64,000 nucleotides of DNA from Peptococcaceae bacterium (lineage in GTDB: Bacteria; Bacillota; Dehalobacteriia; UBA4068; UBA4997), in NCBI GenBank assembly GCA_022797295.1, contig JAAWKH010000001.1, positions 186,060 through 250,059 on the forward strand, in the 5' to 3' direction. Below are positions 37,497 through 46,626 of the stretch, piece by piece (the stretch's first letter is position 1; the number at the start of each line of letters is the position of its first letter). Position numbers and translations under genes: made by a program. A model generated the notes under the pieces. The model did not search any database. It had not been told where the DNA came from and worked only from the letters and a program-made list of their open reading frames with translations.

Positions 37497-37793
37497 ATTA
37501 TCCACAAAAAACAGTGTGCAATTTTCACACTGTTTTTTGTGTGCTTTTTTATATGTTCGGTTCGTTTTTGTTGACTAACCTGTGGAAAAGCCTATATAGA
37601 GAGGCTTTAAGGGGTCTAAACCTTTGTTCGGTGGATTTTTTGTGAATAGTTGTTAAAGCTGTGGAAAATGTGGAAAATAGACCGATTTGACCTAAAAATT
37701 TTTGCTAAAATCCTTTAAGTGAAAAAAAATTATTATAGTGTTTTTAGATACCAAAGCCGAAATTTATAGTCCTCAAGGTTGTTATAATCCACA
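37497..37793. promoter_or_regulatory. cluster of DnaA-box-like 9-mers upstream of the dcw operon
   Basis: Perfect TTATCCACA at 37497-37505. TGTGGAAAA at 37581-37589, 37660-37668 and 37669-37677 (tandem). TGTGAATAG at 37642-37650 (approximate coordinates). TAATCCACA at 37785-37793. Each is at most 1 mismatch from TTATNCACA or its complement. Confidence 0.5.
37511..37539 (+). terminator. rho-independent terminator of recA
   Basis: ACAGTGTG-CAATTTT-CACACTGT followed by TTTTTT. Confidence 0.8.
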
Positions 37794-37892
37794 AATTATT
37801 TTGGTTGTTGGGTAAAACTCCCTTTTTATAGCGTATAAACAGTCTGTTTTTGTAGTTAAAAAGAGGGCAAAGAGGCTTGCTTTTTGAGCTAA

Positions 37893-37966
37893 AAATGGTT
37901 AAAATTATGTCAAGGGTGTTAAAAAGTGGTTTAAAAGTGTTGATGTGTGTTAAAAAGTGGTAAAAA
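37893..37966 (+). promoter_or_regulatory. mraZ promoter (TTGATG-16-TGgTAAAAA) overlapped by a 10-11-bp phased array of AAAGTG[G/T] repeats (candidate MraZ boxes)
   Basis: AAAGTGG at 37923, AAAGTGT at 37934 and AAAGTGG at 37954. Degenerate copies at 37893, 37913 and 37944. The -10 lies at 37961-37966. Confidence 0.5.
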
Positions 37967-37992
37967 AACTTGGTCACGGGAGGTGAGAGCTA

Positions 37993-38439
37993 ATGTCATT
38001 CATGGGAACGTACCAAAATAATGTTGACCCTAAAGGTAGAGTGAGCATTCCCGTGAAATACAGAGAGGCTCTCGGTGAACGTTTTTTTGTGACCAAAGGT
38101 TTTGACAGCTGCATCGATATTTACACCGTGGAGGAGTGGGAAAAGTTTGCTGAAAAGCTGCATAAGCTCTCTGTCACCAAGCGTGATATGCGTGATTTTG
38201 TGCGTTTTATCTTTGGCAACGCCACTGAGGTGGAGCTTGACAAGCAGGGACGTATTCTGCTGCCGGCAATGCTGCGTGAAACGGTTGGTATCGAAAAAGA
38301 AGTGATAGTGATGGGCGTGGGGAACAAGGTGGAGATTTGGGACAAGGTCGCCTGGGATGAACGCCAGCAGGCAATCTCGCAGCATATTTCAGAGATTTCA
38401 GAAAATCTGGGCGCCTTTGATGTGGATTTTGATTTTTAA
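37993..38439 (+). CDS. mraZ: division/cell wall cluster transcriptional regulator MraZ
   Basis: MFMGxY-type N-terminus (MSFMGTYQNNVDPKGRVSIP) and duplicated SpoVT/AbrB-like halves. GGAGGTG RBS. Confidence 0.9.
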   Translation: MSFMGTYQNNVDPKGRVSIPVKYREALGERFFVTKGFDSCIDIYTVEEWEKFAEKLHKLSVTKRDMRDFVRFIFGNATEVELDKQGRILLPAMLRETVGIEKEVIVMGVGNKVEIWDKVAWDERQQAISQHISEISENLGAFDVDFDF

Positions 38440-38559
38440 GCCAAATTTGTAAATTGTTTTCCAGATCGTTTTAGTGTAATAGTGTTAAATATAATTTGAG
38501 ATTTGCTAAATTAAGATTATATAATGTGAGCTTTAAAAGCGGATTAAAGAGGTGACTAA

Positions 38560-39498
38560 TTGGAGTTTCAGCATCAACCAGTTTTGATGAACCAAACATT
38601 AAATAGCTTAAAGCTGCGGCCAGGTGGTGTTTATCTGGATGGCACGCTAGGTGGCGGTGGCCACACTGAGGCCATTTTGCAGGCTACGGAGCCTGATGGA
38701 AAAGTGATTGGTTTGGATCAGGATGATGAGGCTTTGGCGGCCGCCAGCCAGCGGCTGAAACCTTTTGGTGAGCGATTTTGCCCAATCCGGGCCAACTTTG
38801 CTGAAATGGAGCAGGTGTTAGCGGCGGAGGGTATTGCCGGGCTGGATGGGGTGTTGCTGGATATTGGCGTTTCATCTCATCAGTTGGACGAGCCCGACCG
38901 AGGTTTTTCCTATATGCAGGACGGCCCGCTAGATATGCGCATGGACAGGCGCGGCGGCCAAACGGCGGCAGACCTTGTGGCAGAGCTTTCCGAATCGGAG
39001 CTGGCAAATTTAATTTATCGTTATGGTGAGGAAAAATTTTCACGACGAATTGCTCGGCGGATTGTGGAGCAAAGAGCACAAACGCCGATTGAAAGTACCA
39101 AACAGTTGGCGGAGCTGATAAGCGCGGCAATTCCTGCGGCTCAACGGCGTAAGGAAAAACAACACCCGGCCAAGCGTACTTTTCAAGCTTTGCGAATTGC
39201 AGTAAATGATGAATTAGGTGTTTTGGAACGTGGCCTGGTTGCAGCTTTTGCTAGTTTGAAATCAGGTGGCAGATTATCTGTAATCACCTTTCATTCGCTG
39301 GAGGACAGAATTGTTAAAAACTATTTTGCGGGATTAGCCAAAGGCTGCGAGTGCCCGCCGGAGTTTCCGGTTTGCGTTTGCGGCAAGCAACCTCAGGCTT
39401 TGCTCATTACTAGACACCCGCAAACAGCCACAGAGGATGAATTACAAAGTAATCCACGGGCTCGCAGTGCTAAGCTGCGTACAGTTGAAAAACTTTAA
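38560..39498 (+). CDS. rsmH: 16S rRNA (cytosine1402-N4)-methyltransferase
   Basis: SAM-binding motifs (YLDGTLGGGGHT, DLGVSS). Confidence 0.9.
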   Translation: MEFQHQPVLMNQTLNSLKLRPGGVYLDGTLGGGGHTEAILQATEPDGKVIGLDQDDEALAAASQRLKPFGERFCPIRANFAEMEQVLAAEGIAGLDGVLLDIGVSSHQLDEPDRGFSYMQDGPLDMRMDRRGGQTAADLVAELSESELANLIYRYGEEKFSRRIARRIVEQRAQTPIESTKQLAELISAAIPAAQRRKEKQHPAKRTFQALRIAVNDELGVLERGLVAAFASLKSGGRLSVITFHSLEDRIVKNYFAGLAKGCECPPEFPVCVCGKQPQALLITRHPQTATEDELQSNPRARSAKLRTVEKL

Positions 39499-39569
39499 GT
39501 TGAAAATTTTAAATTGAACAGCTTTAGGAATTAGTTAAGATTAGGATTTTTAAGGAAAGCAGATAGATA

Positions 39570-40166
39570 ATGCTTTCAGAAAGGATGTGGCCCAAATTGC
39601 AGACAGCCTACAAATATAAGCCAACAGAAGCAGAACAACGTCGAGCAGAATTCAGGGTCTATGAATCCGGAGCTGAAAGCGACAAGCAGAAAGCACTAAA
39701 AAAACGTAGAAGATTACGTTTTCGTCAGCGAGCACAGGTTTTGGCTTCAGTATTTTTAATTTTTATGATGAGCATGGGGTATATGATGTTAAACACCCAG
39801 ATAACAATGCTAGGTTATGAAATCAATAAAACAATGGCGGCTATTGATTCATTGTCCAACGATAATGCCAAACTGCTGCTGGAGATTGAAACTGCAACCT
39901 CGCCGGAAAAAGTGAATGCTTATGCAATGGAGCATTTTAATATGGTTGCGGCAACTGAGGATTCAGTGGTTTACTATGAAAAATCTTTGCAAAATGATTA
40001 TCAGGTGGCAAACAACGGTATGGCGATGGATCCTGCGGTGCTGGGTTATGGCTCAGTTGAGGTTTTGGAGCAGGATTCGGAGAAAAATATCTTAGATACA
40101 ATCAGTTCGCTTTGGCGTTCTTTCACCACTGATGACAGAAATGTTCAGGTGGGTATGAGGAATTAG
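39570..40166 (+). CDS. ftsL: cell division protein FtsL-like (single TM + coiled coil)
   Basis: Basic N-terminus, one TM helix and a leucine-zipper-like periplasmic segment. Position between rsmH and the PBP gene. Confidence 0.6.
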   Translation: MLSERMWPKLQTAYKYKPTEAEQRRAEFRVYESGAESDKQKALKKRRRLRFRQRAQVLASVFLIFMMSMGYMMLNTQITMLGYEINKTMAAIDSLSNDNAKLLLEIETATSPEKVNAYAMEHFNMVAATEDSVVYYEKSLQNDYQVANNGMAMDPAVLGYGSVEVLEQDSEKNILDTISSLWRSFTTDDRNVQVGMRN

Positions 40167-40182
40167 CTTAATAATAACCGGG

Positions 40183-40238
40183 GAATAAAGCCTGTTTGCT
40201 TGCTTTTGATTGCAGTAAAGGCTTTATTCTCTGCTTTT
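40183..40238 (+). terminator. strong hairpin (11-bp stem) with T-rich tail between ftsL and the PBP gene
   Basis: GAATAAAGCCT...AGGCTTTATTC followed by TCTGCTTTT. Confidence 0.5.
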
Positions 40239-40297
40239 AAGGGAATTTTTTAGCTACAAGGTCAATATGTTTATAAGTAAAAGGAGGGGATGCTTTT

Positions 40298-42463
40298 TTG
40301 AAGCACAGTAATTTTGCCGTCAAAAAAAATTTGGCTGGGGTTTTTATGCTAATTACTTTTTGCTTTGTGGCAGTTGGCGTTGGTTTGGGTTATCGCACCT
40401 TGGTGCAAGGGGCGGAATTGCAATCTAAGGCGGAAAACACCCGTACTCGTTCGGTAACCGTGGCGGCTAACCGCGGCACAATATATGACCGTACTGGTTC
40501 AGTGTTGGCGGTTAGTGTTAGCACTGATTCTGTGGCTGTTAATCCAAGTCAGATTGATGATAAGGATCTGCCGGGTGTGGCTGAAAAGCTTTCCGCCATT
40601 TTGGAGCTGGAATATAACAGTGTATATCAACGCCTAACCAAAAATTCGTATTTTGAGTGGATTAAGCGCCGGGCTGATTTTGAAGATGTGGAGGAGCTGA
40701 ATAAGGAAATTGAGGCTAAGGAATTGCCTGGTGTAATGATGGTGGAGGAAACGCAGCGTTATTATCCCAAAGTGACCCTAGCTGCCAATTTGCTGGGCTT
40801 TGCCGGCATTGACAACCAAGGATTGGAGGGAATTGAATATTCCTATGATGAAATTCTAAAAGGTGTGGATGGTAGTATTGTTACTGAATGTGATAGCAAC
40901 AATAATATCATTCAACAGGCTATTCAGGAATATAATCAGCCACAGGATGGTTATAATATATATCTGACGATTGACGAAAACATCCAATATTTTGCGGAGC
41001 GGGAGCTGGATAACCTGATGAACAGCGAAACCCCGCCTAAGGCGGCGGCTGTTTTGGCGATGAATCCGAAAACAGGCGAGATTTTGGCCTGGGCCAATCG
41101 GCCAACCTATGATCCTAACAATTATAAGGATTATGACGACAGCTATCGTCGTAATATGTTGATTACGGATGTTTATGAGCCAGGCTCAACATTTAAGATT
41201 ATCACTGCTTCGGCCGCTTTGGACAGCGGCGCAGTAACAGTTAACGATCGTTTTTATGACCCTGGCTACGTACAGATTGGCTCCAACAAAATCAGTTGCT
41301 GGCGTGATTATCGTCCACATGGTAGTCAAAGCTTTGCGGAGATTGTCCAAAATTCCTGCAATCCGTGTTTTGTTAATTTGGTGCAGCGAATGGAGGAAAT
41401 GCAAAAAGGCACCTTTTATAAGTATATCGACGCTTTTGGCTTTGGTCAAATAACTGGCCTGGGCTTACAAGGCGAGTCTAAAGGTTTGGTTATCAATCCT
41501 GATAAGGTGTCAACATTGGATATTTCCACAATGTCTATTGGTCAAAGCATTGCCGTAACCCCTTTGCAGTTGGTGACAGCTGTTTCGGCGGTGGCTAATG
41601 GCGGCATTTTGTTGCAGCCACAAATTATTTATCGCATTACTGACCGGGAAGGCAATATTGTGCAGGATTTTGAGAAAAAAGAGGTACGTCGGGTTATATC
41701 AGAGGATGTAGCGGATACTGTTTGCTTGATGTTGGAAAACGTGGTTACGAAAGGTACTGGTTCAAAGGCCTATGTGCCTGGCTATCGGGTTGGCGGCAAA
41801 AGCGGTACAGCTGAAAAGCCTGGTGTGGGCGGTTATATGGAGGGGAAATATATTGCCTCGTTCTGTGCGATTGCACCGGTGGATGACCCTCAGGTTGTTA
41901 TGTTGGTTATATTGGATGAACCAAGCGGCGACCTTTATCAGGGCGGCCAGGTGGCAGCCCCGGTTTTGCAGTTGATTATGGCTGATACATTGCGCTATTT
42001 GGGTGTGGTTTCCCAATTACAAGATATTAAAACCGAAAAAATAAATTTTAAGGCAGAGCAGCTGACTTCTGTGCCTGATGTTCGTAATCTGACCGTGGAA
42101 GAAGCCCAAAAGGTAATCTCCGTGGCTGGTCTTAACTATGAATTGCAGGGCGGCGGTACTTATGTGGGTAGTCAAACGCCGGCTTCTTTCAGTCAGGTTG
42201 CCGTAGGTACAACTATTTTGTTGGATACTGTTGGCAGCGCTGGCAGCGATAGTGTGATAGTACCGGATTTAACTGGTAAATATGTGCGTCAGGTGGCGGA
42301 AATTTTGAATGCAATGGGCTTAAAGGTGAAAACCGAGGGCGGCGGCAGAGCCTATGAGCAAAGTCCGGTGCCAGGCTCCAGTGTAAAGCGCGGCGATGTG
42401 ATTACGGTATATTTTCAGAATGAAAATCAACTACCTGTAGAAAATTTAGAGGAACCTTACTAA
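40298..42463 (+). CDS. penicillin-binding protein 2B / FtsI-SpoVD family transpeptidase with two C-terminal PASTA domains
   Basis: PBP dimerisation and transpeptidase domains (STFK, SxN and KSG motifs) plus two PASTA repeats. TTG start at 40298, 8 nt after AAGGAGGGG. Confidence 0.85.
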   Translation: MKHSNFAVKKNLAGVFMLITFCFVAVGVGLGYRTLVQGAELQSKAENTRTRSVTVAANRGTIYDRTGSVLAVSVSTDSVAVNPSQIDDKDLPGVAEKLSAILELEYNSVYQRLTKNSYFEWIKRRADFEDVEELNKEIEAKELPGVMMVEETQRYYPKVTLAANLLGFAGIDNQGLEGIEYSYDEILKGVDGSIVTECDSNNNIIQQAIQEYNQPQDGYNIYLTIDENIQYFAERELDNLMNSETPPKAAAVLAMNPKTGEILAWANRPTYDPNNYKDYDDSYRRNMLITDVYEPGSTFKIITASAALDSGAVTVNDRFYDPGYVQIGSNKISCWRDYRPHGSQSFAEIVQNSCNPCFVNLVQRMEEMQKGTFYKYIDAFGFGQITGLGLQGESKGLVINPDKVSTLDISTMSIGQSIAVTPLQLVTAVSAVANGGILLQPQIIYRITDREGNIVQDFEKKEVRRVISEDVADTVCLMLENVVTKGTGSKAYVPGYRVGGKSGTAEKPGVGGYMEGKYIASFCAIAPVDDPQVVMLVILDEPSGDLYQGGQVAAPVLQLIMADTLRYLGVVSQLQDIKTEKINFKAEQLTSVPDVRNLTVEEAQKVISVAGLNYELQGGGTYVGSQTPASFSQVAVGTTILLDTVGSAGSDSVIVPDLTGKYVRQVAEILNAMGLKVKTEGGGRAYEQSPVPGSSVKRGDVITVYFQNENQLPVENLEEPY

Positions 42464-42548
42464 AAATGGCGAATTATATATAGTTACGTATTTTTATTGT
42501 TATGACTTTAATGCGTCGACGTTAATGGGACAGAGAGGAGGCAAGAAA

Positions 42549-44045
42549 ATGAGATTAAGAGATATTGCAGTTTATTTGGGTATCAGTCCTGATAGCGTGC
42601 CGGATATTAATGTGAAAAATTTGCATTATGATTCGCGCACAGTGCAGCCGGAGGATGTGTTTATTGCTTTGGTTGGCACGAACACAGATGGACATAATTA
42701 TATTGAACACGCTGTTGCTAATGGAGCGGTTGCGGTGATTGCTGAATATGCACCGCCTAGTGTGGCTGCTCATACGCCGGTGCTGGTGGTAAAGGACACC
42801 AGAGAGGTTATCTCTTTGCTGGCTGAGTTGGTGCACGATTTTCCTGACCGCAAGCTGAACATTGTGGGTGTTACTGGTACCAATGGCAAAACCACTACCA
42901 CCAATTTAATTCGTTATTTTTGGCAGCGCCGCCAGCTAAAAGCAGGCTTGATTGGTACTATTTGTAATTATTGTAATGAGCGTCGATTGCCGGCGGTGAA
43001 CACTACGCCGGAGCCTCTGCATTTGGCAGAGTTACTCTCGCAGTTGGTGGAGGAGGAATGTACACATTTGGTTATGGAAGTTTCCTCGCACGCTCTTAAA
43101 CAAAAGCGGGTGGATGCTTTGCGTTTTCAAGGGGCTGTGTTTACCAATTTAACACAGGACCATTTGGATTATCATCGTACCTTTGAGGATTATCTGGAAG
43201 CTAAATTGCAGCTGTTTAGGATGTTAGGCCGTGACCAAGCCAGCGAGGCAACAGCTGCTCAGGCGCGTTTTGCGGTTGTGAACATTGACGACCCACGCGC
43301 TACGCATTTTTGCCAGGCGGCCGAGGAAGCCAAAGCGCAGCTTTGGACGTATAGTCTGGAACAACCGGCCACCTTACAGGCTCAGAATTATCATCTGACC
43401 AGGCGCGGCGCTGAGTTTGAACTGCTTTATCAGGGGCAGTCTTATGCGGCAAGCTTGCCGCTTTCCGGTAAATTCAACGTTTATAATGCAATGGCGGCTT
43501 TGTGTGTTTTGCTGGCTGAGGGATTTGCTTTGTCTGAACTTTTGCTGGATTTGCAGGAGGCTCCACAAGTGCCTGGCCGTTTTGAAAAGATTGAGGAAGG
43601 GCAGCCTTTTAGTGTGATTGTTGATTATGCGCACACGCCGGACGGTTTGGAAAATGTTCTGCATACGGCGCGTGAGTTGGTGTCTGGCCGTTTGATAACT
43701 GTGTTTGGTTGTGGAGGCGACCGTGATCATGGAAAACGCCCGCAAATGGGTGAGTTGGCTGGCCGTTTGAGTGATTATGCGATTATTACTTCAGATAATC
43801 CGCGTACCGAAGACCCTCTGGCCATTATTGCGGATGTTGAAGCAGGTATTAAACCTGTAAGCCAGAATTACATGGTGGAACCGGATCGGCGAGCAGCTAT
43901 CGGCATGGCTTTGGCAATGGCAGGGCCGGATGATTTGGTGTTGATTGCCGGCAAAGGCCATGAGGATTACCAACTTGTGAATGGCCGAGTGCTAGATTTT
44001 GATGACCGCAAGGTGGCGCGAGAGTTTTTAACTGACGCAAAATAA
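42549..44045 (+). CDS. murE: UDP-N-acetylmuramoyl-L-alanyl-D-glutamate--2,6-diaminopimelate ligase
   Basis: Mur ligase motifs (GTNGKTT). The DNPR motif (ITSDNPRTEDP) suggests meso-DAP specificity. ATG 42549 follows AGAGGAGG. Confidence 0.85.
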   Translation: MRLRDIAVYLGISPDSVPDINVKNLHYDSRTVQPEDVFIALVGTNTDGHNYIEHAVANGAVAVIAEYAPPSVAAHTPVLVVKDTREVISLLAELVHDFPDRKLNIVGVTGTNGKTTTTNLIRYFWQRRQLKAGLIGTICNYCNERRLPAVNTTPEPLHLAELLSQLVEEECTHLVMEVSSHALKQKRVDALRFQGAVFTNLTQDHLDYHRTFEDYLEAKLQLFRMLGRDQASEATAAQARFAVVNIDDPRATHFCQAAEEAKAQLWTYSLEQPATLQAQNYHLTRRGAEFELLYQGQSYAASLPLSGKFNVYNAMAALCVLLAEGFALSELLLDLQEAPQVPGRFEKIEEGQPFSVIVDYAHTPDGLENVLHTARELVSGRLITVFGCGGDRDHGKRPQMGELAGRLSDYAIITSDNPRTEDPLAIIADVEAGIKPVSQNYMVEPDRRAAIGMALAMAGPDDLVLIAGKGHEDYQLVNGRVLDFDDRKVAREFLTDAK

Positions 44046-44073
44046 GTTTTTTTGATTGGCGGAGGCTTGGTTT

Positions 44074-45060
44074 ATGGAGAAAGCGATGATTGCTTTGGCA
44101 GCGGCGTTTGCTGTGGCTGTGCTGTTGGGCCCGGTTTTAATTGCCGGGCTTAGGGTGCTGAAATTTGGACAAACCATTCGAGATGATGGGCCAAAAAGAC
44201 ATTTGCTGAAATCTGGCACGCCAACAATGGGCGGGGTTATCTTTTTGCTGCCCTTTGTGCTGGCTTCGTTGCTGCTGACTGACAGATCGCCGGTGGTGAT
44301 GCTGTTTGTTGGCACAGTGTTGCTTTTTGGCTTGATTGGTTTTGTGGATGATGGTATTATTGTTATGCTACATCGTTCCTTGGGTTTGACAGCCAAACAA
44401 AAACTATTGCTGCAATTTGTTTTCGCTTTTGGTTTCATTTACTTGGCCGAACAGCATTTGGGGCGTGGTACGGATTTGATTTTTCCTGTCACTGGCTATA
44501 AATGGGAGCTGGGCTGGGTATATTATCCTTTGCTGGCCACTTATATGGTGTTTATTGTAAATGCGGTTAATTTAACGGATGGTTTGGACGGTTTGGCCGG
44601 GGGTATCAGTTTTTTGGTGCTGCTGGGCTATTTGCTTATTTGTTTGACCGCGTCCTTGCAGCCGCCGTTGCCTGGTTTGGATTATCAAATGCTGGCAATG
44701 ACGGCGGCCGCTTTGGCTGGTGGCTTGCTTGGCTTTTTGCTTTTCAACAAATATCCGGCTAAAGTTTTTATGGGAGACACAGGCTCTCTGGCTTTGGGCG
44801 CGGCGGTGTTTGCGCTGGCGATACTCACCAAAACCGAAGTTGTTTTTGTGCTATTGGGTTTAGTGTATATTGTGGAAGCGCTTTCGGTGGTTATTCAGGT
44901 GACTAGCTTTAAGCTTTTTGGCCGCCGGGTGTTTAAGATGAGCCCTTTACATCATCATTTTGAGATGTGCGGTTGGAGCGAGGTGCGTATTGTGCGCAGC
45001 TTTTGGGCGGCAGCAGCTCTTTTTGTGCTGCTGGGTCTGTTGCTTTTAGCGATAAGCTGA
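44074..45060 (+). CDS. mraY: phospho-N-acetylmuramoyl-pentapeptide-transferase
   Basis: Typical MraY membrane protein. ATG 44074 lies 8 nt after GGAGG. Confidence 0.9.
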   Translation: MEKAMIALAAAFAVAVLLGPVLIAGLRVLKFGQTIRDDGPKRHLLKSGTPTMGGVIFLLPFVLASLLLTDRSPVVMLFVGTVLLFGLIGFVDDGIIVMLHRSLGLTAKQKLLLQFVFAFGFIYLAEQHLGRGTDLIFPVTGYKWELGWVYYPLLATYMVFIVNAVNLTDGLDGLAGGISFLVLLGYLLICLTASLQPPLPGLDYQMLAMTAAALAGGLLGFLLFNKYPAKVFMGDTGSLALGAAVFALAILTKTEVVFVLLGLVYIVEALSVVIQVTSFKLFGRRVFKMSPLHHHFEMCGWSEVRIVRSFWAAAALFVLLGLLLLAIS

Positions 45061-45111
45061 GTAGCCTGCTTGTTGTAATAAATAAAACCTGAAAAAGGGG
45101 TGGGGATAATT

Positions 45112-46482
45112 TTGCAAGATTTGTCTAATAAAAAAGTTTTGGTGATTGGCGCTGGCCTTTCCGGCCGGGCAGCGGCGATTTTTTTGGCGACCAAAGGCGC
45201 TAAAGTTACTTTAACCGATAACAAAACTGCCGCAGATTTGGATGGTTTGGCAGATTTGTCGGAAAAAAATGGGGTGCGCTTGCTGTTGGGCGGTATGCCA
45301 GAGGGCGAGGCTGTTGAGGATTATCAGTTGGCTGTTATCAGCCCTGGAATACCGTTGGATAATCCCACTGCTTTAAGCGTACAACAAGCCGGTGTGCCGT
45401 TGCTGGGCGAGCTGGAGCTGGCTTATCAGTTTAGTCACAATCCTTTTTTGGCAATTACCGGCACTAATGGCAAAACTACCACCACCTCGCTTTTAGGTTA
45501 CATACTTGAGCAATCAGGTAAACAGTGCATAATCGGCGGAAATATAGGTAAACCTTTGGTGAATACGGTTGAGGATTTGCCGCCGGACGCTTGTGTGGTG
45601 GCGGAGCTTTCCAGTTTTCAGTTGGAAACAGCGCAAGAATTTAAGGCTCACATTGGCGCTTTTTTGAACCTGACCCCCGACCATTTGTATCGACATGGGG
45701 ATATGGCTAATTACGGTGCGATTAAAGCCAAAATTTTTGCACACCAAACCCCGGCTGATTTTGCAGTTTTGAATTATGACGATGAATTGGTACGGGCCTG
45801 GGCGCCGAAGCTTGGCGGCACGGTGGTGTTTTTCAGCCGGCAGGTAGACTTATCGGAGGGTATGCTGGCGCAAAACGGACGTTTGCTTTGGCGTTGGCAA
45901 GGCCGGGAAGTTGATATTATGCCTGCGGATGAAGTTTTAATTAAAGGGCCGCATAATTTAGAAAATGCTTTGGCGGCGGCGGCAATGGCTCTTTTGGCTG
46001 GAGTGGAGCCGCGACAGGTGCGTTTGGCTTTGCAAAGTTTTCCCGGTGTTGAACATCGCCAGGAGCGGGTTGGGGAATTTGGCGGCGTGCTTTATGTGAA
46101 TGATTCCAAAGGAACCAATCCTGATTCCACTATTATGGCTCTTAGGGCGTGCACCAGGCCAACGGTGCTTATCTTAGGCGGCTATGAAAAAAATTCTGAT
46201 TTTAGCTCTTTGTTGCCTTTGATTAAGGAAAAGGTTAAACATATTGTGCTGGTGGGGCAAACGGCGGAGCGAATTGCTGAAACCTTGCAGGCCGGCGGCT
46301 TTAAGGCATATGAAAGCGCTGGGATGGATTTTGAACGTTGTGTGCAGTTGGCGGCGGCTGCCGCTGAGCCTGGTGATGAGGTTTTGCTATCGCCAGCTAG
46401 CGCTAGTTGGGGAATGTTCAATAATTTTGAGGAACGCGGTGAATGTTTTAAGCAGTTGGTGCACAAGCTTGGCAACTTATAG
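45112..46482 (+). CDS. murD: UDP-N-acetylmuramoylalanine--D-glutamate ligase
   Basis: KKVLVIGAGLSG N-terminal fold and GTNGKTTT motif. Start is TTG 45112 after GGGGTGGGG, or alternatively GTG 45100. Confidence 0.85.
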   Translation: MQDLSNKKVLVIGAGLSGRAAAIFLATKGAKVTLTDNKTAADLDGLADLSEKNGVRLLLGGMPEGEAVEDYQLAVISPGIPLDNPTALSVQQAGVPLLGELELAYQFSHNPFLAITGTNGKTTTTSLLGYILEQSGKQCIIGGNIGKPLVNTVEDLPPDACVVAELSSFQLETAQEFKAHIGAFLNLTPDHLYRHGDMANYGAIKAKIFAHQTPADFAVLNYDDELVRAWAPKLGGTVVFFSRQVDLSEGMLAQNGRLLWRWQGREVDIMPADEVLIKGPHNLENALAAAAMALLAGVEPRQVRLALQSFPGVEHRQERVGEFGGVLYVNDSKGTNPDSTIMALRACTRPTVLILGGYEKNSDFSSLLPLIKEKVKHIVLVGQTAERIAETLQAGGFKAYESAGMDFERCVQLAAAAAEPGDEVLLSPASASWGMFNNFEERGECFKQLVHKLGNL

Positions 46483-46626
46483 GTTTAACTGGAATAATCT
46501 TGTTGATATTGGTATATGAGGGCGGTCTTTAGCATAATTTTTAGATAGCTCGGTCTGGAATATGGGGAGGGCTTTTTGTTACAATAATAAAGGAATTTAA
46601 GCATCGTCAGAAGAGGAGGAATTGGC

